Assembly: GCA_028696435.1 (NCBI GenBank)
Contig: JAQVHC010000001.1
Location: 1 to 41,371 of the forward strand
DNA: 41,371 nt
From: Actinomycetota bacterium
Lineage (GTDB): Bacteria > Actinomycetota > Humimicrobiia > Humimicrobiales > Humimicrobiaceae
Direction of reading: 5' to 3'
Positions 26,212 through 34,471 of this stretch are shown piece by piece (position 1 is the first letter of the stretch; the number at the start of each line of letters is the position of its first letter). Under the pieces are notes generated by a model. It did no database searches. It was given only the letters and a program-made list of their open reading frames with translations, and was not told the origin of the DNA. The position numbers and the translations under genes were made by a program.

Positions 26212-27564
26212 ATGGAAAAACAATGGGTAGATATGTCACCAGAGGAAAAACAGGAAGAGATGTTTAACCAGTGGCTTTCACCCAGAGACCCTGAAGGAAA
26301 TGACCTCAAGTTTCAGAGCCCCGGGGCTCAGAAGGATTACATTGAGAGGGTAACTATAATAAAAGATGCTATCCAGATGAAAAAATTACCGGCCAGGGTA
26401 CCGGTAATTATATCACCCAGTTTTTTCCCCTGTTACTATGCTGGAGTGACCCCTCAAGAAGCCATGTATGACTATGACAAACTCAACATGGCATTTAGAA
26501 AGTTCTTACTTGACTTTCAGCCAGACACAAACATTGGCAGTATAGGGCCGGGACCGGGCCGGGCTTTTGAGATTTTGGACTATAAGTTGTATTCATGGCC
26601 TGGTCATGGAGTTCCCCCCGATAGTCCTTATCAATGTAATGAAGGTGAATATATGATGGCTGATGAATACGATGCTCTAATTGAGGACCCATCAAACTTC
26701 TTTATAACCACCTACTTTCCACGTGTATTCGGTGCCCTGGAGGGTCTAAAGATGCTACCTGCTGCTACCGGTATACTTGAAATATTTGGAGTTGCTGCTA
26801 ACTTTATACCATTTGGCCTGCCACCCGTCCAGGCTGCTTTTAAGGCACTTATGGAAGCCGGGAGTGAAGCTTTAAAGTGGATAGGGGCTGTTGGTGCGCT
26901 GGGTAATGAGACAATGGCTTTAGGATTTCCCGGTACATTTGGTGGATTTACCAAAGCACCTTTTGATGTCCTTGGTGATACTTTGAGGGGAACCAGGGGA
27001 ATAATGCTTGATATGTACCGTCAACCAGACAAGCTACTGGAAGCCATGGACAGACTAACTCCGATAATGATTAAGATGGGTGTCAGTGCTGCCCGGATGA
27101 ACAGACATCCTTTAATATTCATGCCTCTGCATAAAGGTGCTGATGGATTTATGTCTGATGAGCAGTTTAAAAAATTTTACTGGCCTACATTTAGAGAAGT
27201 TATGATAGGCTTGATTAATGAAGGAGTCATACCATTTCCTGCTGCTGAGGGGCACTGGAACTCTCGCCTGGAGGTTTTAAAGGACATACCGCGGGGTAAG
27301 ACGCTCTGGATGATAGATCAGAGTGATATGCTAGAAGTTAAAAAGACGCTTGGTACTGTGGCATGTCTGGCTGGAAATGTTCCTTCCGATATGCTAAAAC
27401 TTGGTGAGCCGGAGCAAGTGAAGGATTATGTAAAAAATCTTATTGATACAGTTGGTAAAGATGGGGGCTACATTGTGTGCAATGGCGCATTTTTTGACGA
27501 AGCAAAACCAGAAAACCTCAGAGCAATGGTTGATTTCACCAGAGAATATGGCATATATGAATAA
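26212..27564 (+). CDS. Uroporphyrinogen-decarboxylase (URO-D/MtaA) superfamily methyltransferase, long form (450 aa)
   Basis: The C-terminal part (ACLAGNVPSDMLKLGEPEQVKDYVKNLIDTVGKDGGYIVCNG...PENLRAMVDFTREYG) matches the URO-D/MtaA-type fold. It lies adjacent to the corrinoid protein. The substrate cannot be called. Confidence 0.65.
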   Translation: MEKQWVDMSPEEKQEEMFNQWLSPRDPEGNDLKFQSPGAQKDYIERVTIIKDAIQMKKLPARVPVIISPSFFPCYYAGVTPQEAMYDYDKLNMAFRKFLLDFQPDTNIGSIGPGPGRAFEILDYKLYSWPGHGVPPDSPYQCNEGEYMMADEYDALIEDPSNFFITTYFPRVFGALEGLKMLPAATGILEIFGVAANFIPFGLPPVQAAFKALMEAGSEALKWIGAVGALGNETMALGFPGTFGGFTKAPFDVLGDTLRGTRGIMLDMYRQPDKLLEAMDRLTPIMIKMGVSAARMNRHPLIFMPLHKGADGFMSDEQFKKFYWPTFREVMIGLINEGVIPFPAAEGHWNSRLEVLKDIPRGKTLWMIDQSDMLEVKKTLGTVACLAGNVPSDMLKLGEPEQVKDYVKNLIDTVGKDGGYIVCNGAFFDEAKPENLRAMVDFTREYGIYE

Positions 27565-27658
27565 TTTCTTAATATAACTTTCTGGTAGTTGTGTAATAAT
27601 ATAAAATATAATATAAAATCAGAAGAGAGCAAGATCAAGATCGGAGAAAGGTTGTATT

Positions 27659-28354
27659 ATGCCCATAATCCGTGATATTTCTCTGAACTTGAATATGAGG
27701 GATGTGTTGCGGCGCCAGGGACTGGGAGAAGTGGCTAAAGTCAGGCCGGAAATAAAAATTTTAATTCAAGAATTACTGGCCAGTCTTGAGTGCAGTTGTA
27801 TGCTGAAGCCAGTGTCAGCTTATGAATACTATACTGTAAGAAGTATGAATGATAGCCAGATATTGCTGGAGGGTGGTAAAGCGATACACGGCCCGCTACT
27901 ACCGGCAACATTCCCTGATGCTAAAGAGCTTGTTATTCTCCTCTGCACTATTGGACCCGGACTGGAAAAACAGGTAACAGACTACACTAACCGGGCTGAA
28001 CCATTGCGGGCTATGCTTCTGGATGGTATCGGTAGCGCTGCTGTGGATAAAATGGTCGTAGAGGTTCTAAAGCGTCTTGCCAGTGAGTCCTCATCACGGA
28101 GCTATGAAATAAGCAGCCCGGTTAACCCTGGTATGCCCGGCTTCCCCCTGACTGAACAGTGGAATTTGCTAAAACTGGTTAATGCAGGTGAAATCGGGGT
28201 GAGACTAACATCCTCGGGAGTAATGGTTCCCCGTAAATCTGTTTCTATGGTTGCAGGCATCGGTCCAGAGATGAAAAGGTGGACACAGGCTGAAATCTGT
28301 GCCCGATGCAAGCTCAGTAAAACCTGTCACTATAAAGTAACAGAGCAGGGTTAA
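27659..28354 (+). CDS. Stand-alone homolog of the methionine synthase (MetH) reactivation/AdoMet-binding domain
   Basis: SSPVNPGMPGFPLTEQWNLLKLVNAGEIGVRLTSSGVMVPRKSVSMVAGIG parallels the MetH activation-domain core (PGYP.CP ... G..LTES.AM.P..SVSG). There is an extra C-terminal CxxC...C. Confidence 0.6.
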   Translation: MPIIRDISLNLNMRDVLRRQGLGEVAKVRPEIKILIQELLASLECSCMLKPVSAYEYYTVRSMNDSQILLEGGKAIHGPLLPATFPDAKELVILLCTIGPGLEKQVTDYTNRAEPLRAMLLDGIGSAAVDKMVVEVLKRLASESSSRSYEISSPVNPGMPGFPLTEQWNLLKLVNAGEIGVRLTSSGVMVPRKSVSMVAGIGPEMKRWTQAEICARCKLSKTCHYKVTEQG

Positions 28355-28355
28355 A

Positions 28356-30188
28356 ATGAGTGAATTCACTATTAATTTTGAGCCATTAGGCCTAAGAGGG
28401 AAGTGTAAAAATAATGAGTCTCTGCTTGAGTGTGCCAGGCGGTCTGGTGTTGGTATCAACAGTATATGTGGGGGAACGGGGGCATGCCATGCATGCAGAG
28501 TTCAGGTTTTAAGTGGTACCGTCTCCAGACCGTCGACCGTCGAGTATAAAGTATTTACTTCAAAAGAACTGAAGGAAGGGTGGCGACTTGCCTGTCAGAC
28601 CTATCCCATCAGCGATTGTAAAATAACGGTGCCTGCTGATTCAATGACTACTTCGCAACGGCTTCAGGTGGAAGGATTGGAGAAAAAAGTTAGCCCTGAG
28701 CTACCATTTCAGGTCTACCACGTAAAGATAGCCCCTCCGTCACTGGAAACTCCAGTGGCTGACGCTGACCGCCTGATTCAAGCGCTGAACAATCAGCACA
28801 GGTTGCGATGCACCAGTGTTGATATTGATACTCTACGTGATATTCCAGGTCAACTCCGGTCCTGGAATTGGGAAAGCCAGGTTGTAGTCCGTAACAAAGA
28901 GGTAGTAACTATTCTCTATCAAAAAAGCCGTCAGCTCGGGCTGGCTATAGACCTGGGTACTACAAAGATTGCTGCCTACCTGATTGATATGAACAGCGGG
29001 CAGACTCTTGCAGCCAGAGGGATAATGAATCCCCAGATAAACTATGGGGAAGACATTATTAGCCGCATTAACAAAGTGATAAAGTCATCTGAGGCGGCAG
29101 TGGTGATGCAGAGACTGACGCTTGATGCAATTAATGAACTGAGTGCTGATCTGTGTGCTGCAGCTGGTGCAAGGCCTGAAGAAATTTTAGAGACAGTTGT
29201 TGTTGGCAATACTGCCATGCATCATCTCTTCCTCCGTCTGCCGGTAAAACAGCTTGCTTTTTCTCCCTTTGTACCAGCTGTCAGTCTGGCACTGGAGGTC
29301 AGGGCTAGAGATTTAGGTTTAAATATTGCACCCGGAGCATATGTGTACCTTATGCCCAATATTGCAGGTTTTGTTGGTGCAGATCATGTTTCTATGTTGC
29401 TGGCAACAGATGCCTGGAAAGCAAAGGAAACAACGATAGCTCTGGATATCGGAACTAATACCGAGGTCTCTTTAATATACGGAGGAAAAATAACTACCAC
29501 CTCCTGTGCATCCGGACCTGCATTTGAGGGAGGTCATATCAAGCATGGTATGAGAGCAGCTGCAGGAGCTATTGAACGGTTACGCATAGATGGTGATAAA
29601 GTCCAGTATCAGACCATCAACGGGGGTCCACCGGTTGGTATTTGTGGCTCTGGTATTCTTGATGCTCTGGCACAGCTTTATCAGGCAAATATTATTGATA
29701 ATAGTGGAAGAATTATAGATAGCCATCCTCGCGTTCGTGTCCATAAAGGACAGCGGGAGTTTGTACTGGTCAGTGAAGAAGAGAGAAATGGTAAGCCTGC
29801 TATCACTATTACCCAGCATGATGTAAGGGAGTTGCAGCTGGCCAAAGCCGCTATTCGCACAGGTATTCAGATACTCCTGGATATAAGCCTCTGTTCCGAA
29901 GATGATATCAAGCAGGTCATAATTGCCGGTGCATTTGGCTCCTATATTAATATAGACAGTGCTGTAGCAATTGGCATGATGCCATCACTGCCTCTAAACC
30001 GCTTTCAACAGGTAGGCAATGCCGCAGGTATGGGAGCCAGGCTGGCCCTGATTTCCACTAGATCAAGAGCTAAGGCACAGGCTATTGCTTCCAGAGTTAA
30101 ATATGTTGAACTTGCCAGCTCTCCTGAATTTAATAAGGTCTTTGTTCAGGCAAACTACCTTGGACCATATCAAATTACAAATAAATAA
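28356..30188 (+). CDS. RACo-type ATP-dependent reductive activator of corrinoid enzymes (2Fe-2S ferredoxin domain + ASKHA/DUF4445 ATPase)
   Basis: The N-terminal ferredoxin domain has CGGTGACHACRV...LAC. The actin-fold motifs are LAIDLGTTKIAAY, ALDIGTNTEV and GICGSG. The 610-aa length is typical. Confidence 0.85.
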   Translation: MSEFTINFEPLGLRGKCKNNESLLECARRSGVGINSICGGTGACHACRVQVLSGTVSRPSTVEYKVFTSKELKEGWRLACQTYPISDCKITVPADSMTTSQRLQVEGLEKKVSPELPFQVYHVKIAPPSLETPVADADRLIQALNNQHRLRCTSVDIDTLRDIPGQLRSWNWESQVVVRNKEVVTILYQKSRQLGLAIDLGTTKIAAYLIDMNSGQTLAARGIMNPQINYGEDIISRINKVIKSSEAAVVMQRLTLDAINELSADLCAAAGARPEEILETVVVGNTAMHHLFLRLPVKQLAFSPFVPAVSLALEVRARDLGLNIAPGAYVYLMPNIAGFVGADHVSMLLATDAWKAKETTIALDIGTNTEVSLIYGGKITTTSCASGPAFEGGHIKHGMRAAAGAIERLRIDGDKVQYQTINGGPPVGICGSGILDALAQLYQANIIDNSGRIIDSHPRVRVHKGQREFVLVSEEERNGKPAITITQHDVRELQLAKAAIRTGIQILLDISLCSEDDIKQVIIAGAFGSYINIDSAVAIGMMPSLPLNRFQQVGNAAGMGARLALISTRSRAKAQAIASRVKYVELASSPEFNKVFVQANYLGPYQITNK

Positions 30189-30206
30189 GAGAAAGGAAAT
30201 TGACTT

Positions 30207-31061
30207 ATGGAAACCAGAGTTTCGAGCTCCAGCAAAGAAGTAATTATTAGCGATAACCAGCCTGCAGTTCTTATTGGCGAACGTATTAATCCAACAGGCA
30301 AAAAGGAGTTAGCCGAAGCTCTTAAGACCGGTGACATTGAGGTTGTCCGCAAAGAAGCGCTCGCTCAAACACAGGCTGGTGCTGATATTATTGATGTTAA
30401 TGTGGGTATGTTTGGCATTGATGAGGTAGCACTGCTTCCGAAGGTGGTACAGGCAGTAATGGAAACCGTAGATACACCATTGTGTATCGATAGTTCTAAT
30501 CCCGATGCTCTGGAAGCAGCATTAAAAGTCTACAGAGGTAAACCACTAATTAATTCTGTTACAGGTGAAGAGCACTCACTAAGAAGGATTTTGCCTCTGG
30601 TCAAAAGCTCTGGTGCTGCTGTAATCGGTCTGGTACAGGATGACGATGGTATCCCAAAGGATACCGCAGGAAGGGTCCGGATAGCTCATAAGATAGTAGA
30701 ACGAGCTGAGATGGCAGGTATTTCACGTGAGGACTTAGTTATTGATTGTCTGGCTTTTTCTGTAGGAGCTGAACCTGATTCAGGGGTAGCAGTCATAGAA
30801 TCGATCCAGAAAATTAAGGCTGAATTAGGAGTGAATATAACACTGGGCGCCAGCAATATATCTTTTGGCTTACCAGATCGGGAATCGATCAATAATGCAT
30901 TCGTAGTTATAGCTACTTATGCTGGTGCTACCTGCCTGATTGTAGACGTGGCCAGGGTGCGACCAATTATACTGGCTACGGACCTTATACTCGGGCGTGA
31001 TAGGTATGCCAGACGATATATTGAAGCATATCGTGAGCGCATGAGATATGAGAAGCAATAG
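30207..31061 (+). CDS. Pterin-binding methyltransferase (methyl-corrinoid:tetrahydrofolate, MtrH/AcsE/MetH pterin-domain family)
   Basis: LIGERINPTGKKELAEALKTGD, ADIIDVNVG, LCIDSSN, LINSV and LGASNISFGLPDR are typical of the Pterin_bind TIM barrel. Confidence 0.82.
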   Translation: METRVSSSSKEVIISDNQPAVLIGERINPTGKKELAEALKTGDIEVVRKEALAQTQAGADIIDVNVGMFGIDEVALLPKVVQAVMETVDTPLCIDSSNPDALEAALKVYRGKPLINSVTGEEHSLRRILPLVKSSGAAVIGLVQDDDGIPKDTAGRVRIAHKIVERAEMAGISREDLVIDCLAFSVGAEPDSGVAVIESIQKIKAELGVNITLGASNISFGLPDRESINNAFVVIATYAGATCLIVDVARVRPIILATDLILGRDRYARRYIEAYRERMRYEKQ

Positions 31062-31196
31062 AGAATAGATAAGAAAGAATAATGGTAAGAGATAATATTA
31101 AGTAAGCCAGGATAAAAAAATAGAAATCTTTGTTATCCGGTTGCTATTTAGTCTGTCTGGATTTACAATATGTCTGGCTTTAGATGGTGATTAATT

Positions 31197-31940
31197 ATGA
31201 ATATAGAAGAAAAAATTAAACAGGTAATAGAAAATACAGAGATTATAAAACCTCCGGAAAAACTCCTGGCTTCATTTGACTCTACTACTATTCATTATTA
31301 TTTGCTTACTGTACCGATGTATCTGGAATTTGAAGGTAGGGATCCCGAGAGTGAGACCATTATAAGAGAGGGTAAGATAACCTGGCAGAAACCAAAAGTT
31401 ATAACTCCTTCATATATGTTGAGGGTAGAAGGTTTTAGTGGAGAAGCCAGGAAAGCATTTGAAATGCTGGCTGAAGAGAATGTTGATCTGGCAATGGTTC
31501 TGTATAGCCTCAGGCTCAGTAAAGATTCTGAAAAAATGAGCATAGTGTCTAATTCGTTGAGTACAGTAGCAAAAAATATTTCAAATGATATTGATAAGAG
31601 AAAAGATCCTTACAGTGCAGTTATTAAAGGAGTTGATGAATTCTGGGATGTATCACTTTCAAAGTTTATACAGGAAATTGTAAATAAGAGTGCCCACTAT
31701 TCACAGCTTCCCGACTTGCTTAGAAGTAATATGGTCAGAGTTAGCAGCACAGGGTTACCTGTAATTACAAGGGATTGGATGGGGAATCCTCTTGTGGCTA
31801 AGAACGAGATTGAGATTCTGTTTAAATTGTTTGAAGAAGGCGAGATTGGACCGGCAGATTTAAAAGAGGAACTGGATAGATGGGGATTGTTCGAACAATA
31901 TCAGGATAAATTTTTTAAATATTTTAAAAAGAAAAACTAA
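31197..31940 (+). CDS. Hypothetical protein (247 aa), no family recognised
   Basis: The ORF is long and clean with non-repetitive, coding-like composition. I recognised no motif. Confidence 0.5.
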   Translation: MNIEEKIKQVIENTEIIKPPEKLLASFDSTTIHYYLLTVPMYLEFEGRDPESETIIREGKITWQKPKVITPSYMLRVEGFSGEARKAFEMLAEENVDLAMVLYSLRLSKDSEKMSIVSNSLSTVAKNISNDIDKRKDPYSAVIKGVDEFWDVSLSKFIQEIVNKSAHYSQLPDLLRSNMVRVSSTGLPVITRDWMGNPLVAKNEIEILFKLFEEGEIGPADLKEELDRWGLFEQYQDKFFKYFKKKN

Positions 31941-31950
31941 AATTTAATAC

Positions 31951-32454
31951 CTAGGGTACCACAAGTATTTCATCTGGTTTAAGGACTGAAATACCCGCAT
32001 TATCTCCAACGATTTCAACTTTTATTATCTTCTCGGGTTTCTTTAAGTCAATTTTTTCGCGATCCACTACATCAGTAAGTTTCATAATAAGTTCTTTAAA
32101 ATCAAGTTTATTATAATATCTTTTTTCAAGGTCCATCATCCACTTTTCATCTTTCTTAATTCCGGGTACAAGCGATTTTATTGCTTTCTGCATATCTGGT
32201 ACTGTGGATTTTACCCACCTGTCTATCGGGATATAGCGATGGGTTCTTCCGAATAAATCTCTGTCTTTTTTTAATATTTTTTTTAGTTTTTTTACTATTT
32301 CTTTTGGTTCTGGTACATTAACAAGGAAAATACCGCTATATTTTGATTTTAAAAACTCTGGTTTTACGTTTATTTCTTTAAAAAGGTTCTCAGCCTTTTC
32401 TCTGCTGCTTTCAAGATGAGCTGGATCGTAGGTTATAAGAAGTTTTACATCCAT
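31951..32454 (-). CDS. Stand-alone THUMP-domain protein (putative RNA-binding)
   Basis: 167 aa. The N-terminal ferredoxin-like part (LLITYDP...SGIFLVNV) is followed by RYIPIDRW and a C-terminal VEIVGDNAGISVL, resembling small archaeal/bacterial THUMP proteins. The assignment is tentative. Confidence 0.45.
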   Translation of the reverse strand: MDVKLLITYDPAHLESSREKAENLFKEINVKPEFLKSKYSGIFLVNVPEPKEIVKKLKKILKKDRDLFGRTHRYIPIDRWVKSTVPDMQKAIKSLVPGIKKDEKWMMDLEKRYYNKLDFKELIMKLTDVVDREKIDLKKPEKIIKVEIVGDNAGISVLKPDEILVVP

Positions 32455-32786
32455 AATAAAAACTCCATTTTAAAAATTAATATTAATTATATCATATTAA
32501 TTTGAAAGATTTATAAAAAGTTGAAATTACTCTATAATCTACAATATTAACAAATTGTACTTTTCATCTTAGCCCTGGCTGATAATGGAAATATGGTTGG
32601 GTTATAATATTTATAATAAATAGATATGAAAGCACACCGGAGCATGTGTAGAAATATAGATAGGTATACAGACAACATCCTGCTAAAAAATAAGAAGCTG
32701 CAATAATGGACGAATACAAATAGAGACATAGGTATAAAGATAGCTGGATAAGGATAATGATATAGATAAAAAGGAGCATAATTTTA

Positions 32787-33482
32787 ATGTTACACAGGCA
32801 ATCGCTTGATAGCAGAGTAATAGAAGAAAGAAACGATAAACAAAAAGCCAGCCGGCTTATTTTTGAATTCAAGCCATTTATTGCCAGTGTTGCTCAAAAA
32901 AAAGCAGGTAGATTCCTTGAATATGGTGTTGATGAAGAACTTTCAATTGCCCTTTCAGCTTTTAAAGAAGCGATGGATTCATATGATAAAAAAAAGGGTA
33001 AGTTTTTGAGCTTTGCAAAGCTTGTAATAAACATGCGTCTTATTGATTATTATCGCAAAAAAATGAGGGAAAAAACCTATAGCTTTAGTAATAGTAGTAT
33101 TTCAAACGGTCAATTTATGAATGCCGGTTCCTTAGAACAATATGAAGTTGATGATGAAAAAGAAAAAAGAATACTGGAAATAATAGAGTACAGAGCAGAA
33201 TTAGAAAAATGGGGGATTGATCTGGAAGAATTAGCTGCTGTATCTCCTAAAGATGATAGTCTGAGGAAAGAATATATAGAAATAGCGAGAATCATTGTAA
33301 AAAACAACCATATATTGCAAACCCTGATGAAAACAAGAAAACTTCCGTTAAAAGAAATTGAAGATATTACATGGGTACATCGCAAAAAATTGGAAAGAGG
33401 ACGAATATATATAATAGCGATGGTTCTGGCGATAATAAATGACCTGAGCTACGTGGACACCGGTGGGGGTGATAAAAAGTGA
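32787..33482 (+). CDS. sigI: RNA polymerase sigma factor SigI
   Basis: FKPFIASVAQKKAGRFLEYGVDEELSIALSAFKEAMDSYDKKKGKFLSFAKLVINMRLIDYYRK parallels Bacillus/Clostridium SigI region 2. AGGAG lies upstream. It is followed by an overlapping rsgI. Confidence 0.82.
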   Translation: MLHRQSLDSRVIEERNDKQKASRLIFEFKPFIASVAQKKAGRFLEYGVDEELSIALSAFKEAMDSYDKKKGKFLSFAKLVINMRLIDYYRKKMREKTYSFSNSSISNGQFMNAGSLEQYEVDDEKEKRILEIIEYRAELEKWGIDLEELAAVSPKDDSLRKEYIEIARIIVKNNHILQTLMKTRKLPLKEIEDITWVHRKKLERGRIYIIAMVLAIINDLSYVDTGGGDKK

Positions 33483-34240
33483 AAGGTATAATAATAGAAA
33501 TTGGTAGGGATTATTGTATAGTTTTAACAAGAGACGGGCAATTTATTAAACAAAGGATACCCCATGGTGTTTTCGAGATTGGTGATGAAATTGCAGTAAC
33601 ACAGGAGGATAGCTATGGGCAGCCAGCTGTGGCAAATATAAAAATAAAACGGATAAGAAGCTTTGCTCTGGCTGCTTCAGTAATATTAGTACTGGTTGTA
33701 GGTTCTATTTTTATTATAAAGTATGTAAATATGAGGGGTTATTATCCGGGAGGAGCTGTAGAGGAAGAAGAAGAAATACCGGCAGAAGAAAAAGTAATTG
33801 TTTTGCCGAGAGAAGAAAAGTATAAGGAAGCTCCAGCAGAAGAACAAGAGGAGGCAGAAGTTGCAGAAGAAGAGGCAGAGGCTGCCGATGAGACAGCTTT
33901 AACTATGGCTTCAGAGGAAGGTGTTATAACTTTTGAGAATATATATTCTTACTCTCTCGTAGAGCAGAAAGCAACTGAAGAGAATATAAAAGAAGTTATA
34001 CTCTTTTCATATAAAATTATAGATAATGTTAATTTAAAAATTCAGATTAAAAATATAAGCAATGCATTAACCTTTGATGGAACTTTTAAACTAAATATGC
34101 TTGCTGCAGATGGGAGCGAATCCAGAGTAGAGGTCATCTCTCTTGATGGGTTTGGGCCGGGCAGGATTAAAGAACATCAGATGTTTATAAAATCAGGAGA
34201 AGAAAATTTAAAGGTGGAAGTAACGGGAACTGCAGAATAA
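33479..34240 (+). CDS. rsgI: Anti-sigma-I factor RsgI with an unassigned extracytoplasmic domain
   Basis: N-terminal MKGIIIEIGRDYCIVLTRDGQFIKQRIPHGVFEIGDEI is the RsgI_N domain. It is followed by one TM helix (FALAASVILVLVVGSIFII), an acidic linker and a ~105-aa beta-rich C-terminal domain. The GTG start overlaps the sigI stop (GTGA). Confidence 0.8.
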   Translation: MKGIIIEIGRDYCIVLTRDGQFIKQRIPHGVFEIGDEIAVTQEDSYGQPAVANIKIKRIRSFALAASVILVLVVGSIFIIKYVNMRGYYPGGAVEEEEEIPAEEKVIVLPREEKYKEAPAEEQEEAEVAEEEAEAADETALTMASEEGVITFENIYSYSLVEQKATEENIKEVILFSYKIIDNVNLKIQIKNISNALTFDGTFKLNMLAADGSESRVEVISLDGFGPGRIKEHQMFIKSGEENLKVEVTGTAE

Positions 34241-34471
34241 CCGGAACTACTTATTAAGTTTTTTAACCATTTTATCTCTCTTTAAATCCTTTAAATTATA
34301 TTTTTATTTCTGGCTGCCTCAATTTACACTCAATATTTATCAAATATACATATTATCTTTAACTATTCTTATTGTAATTGTATTTAAGCTACTACCAGTC
34401 TTATTAACAAATTGCCTGCTGAAAAAATCAGAAGGTATGGTCCCGGATGAAGAAGTTCCAGATGAAGAAGA

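Noticed and set aside
32547-32872. Two overlapping minus-strand ORFs (60 and 102 aa) in the spacer upstream of sigI
   Set aside because: They are Leu/Ile/Tyr/Cys-rich low complexity with no start context. One runs into the sigI coding region. The region is more likely the sigI promoter/leader. I looked for a SigI-type promoter there and could not identify one convincingly. A twice-occurring ATAGGTATA (32660 and 32728) is too short to separate from chance in AT-rich DNA.
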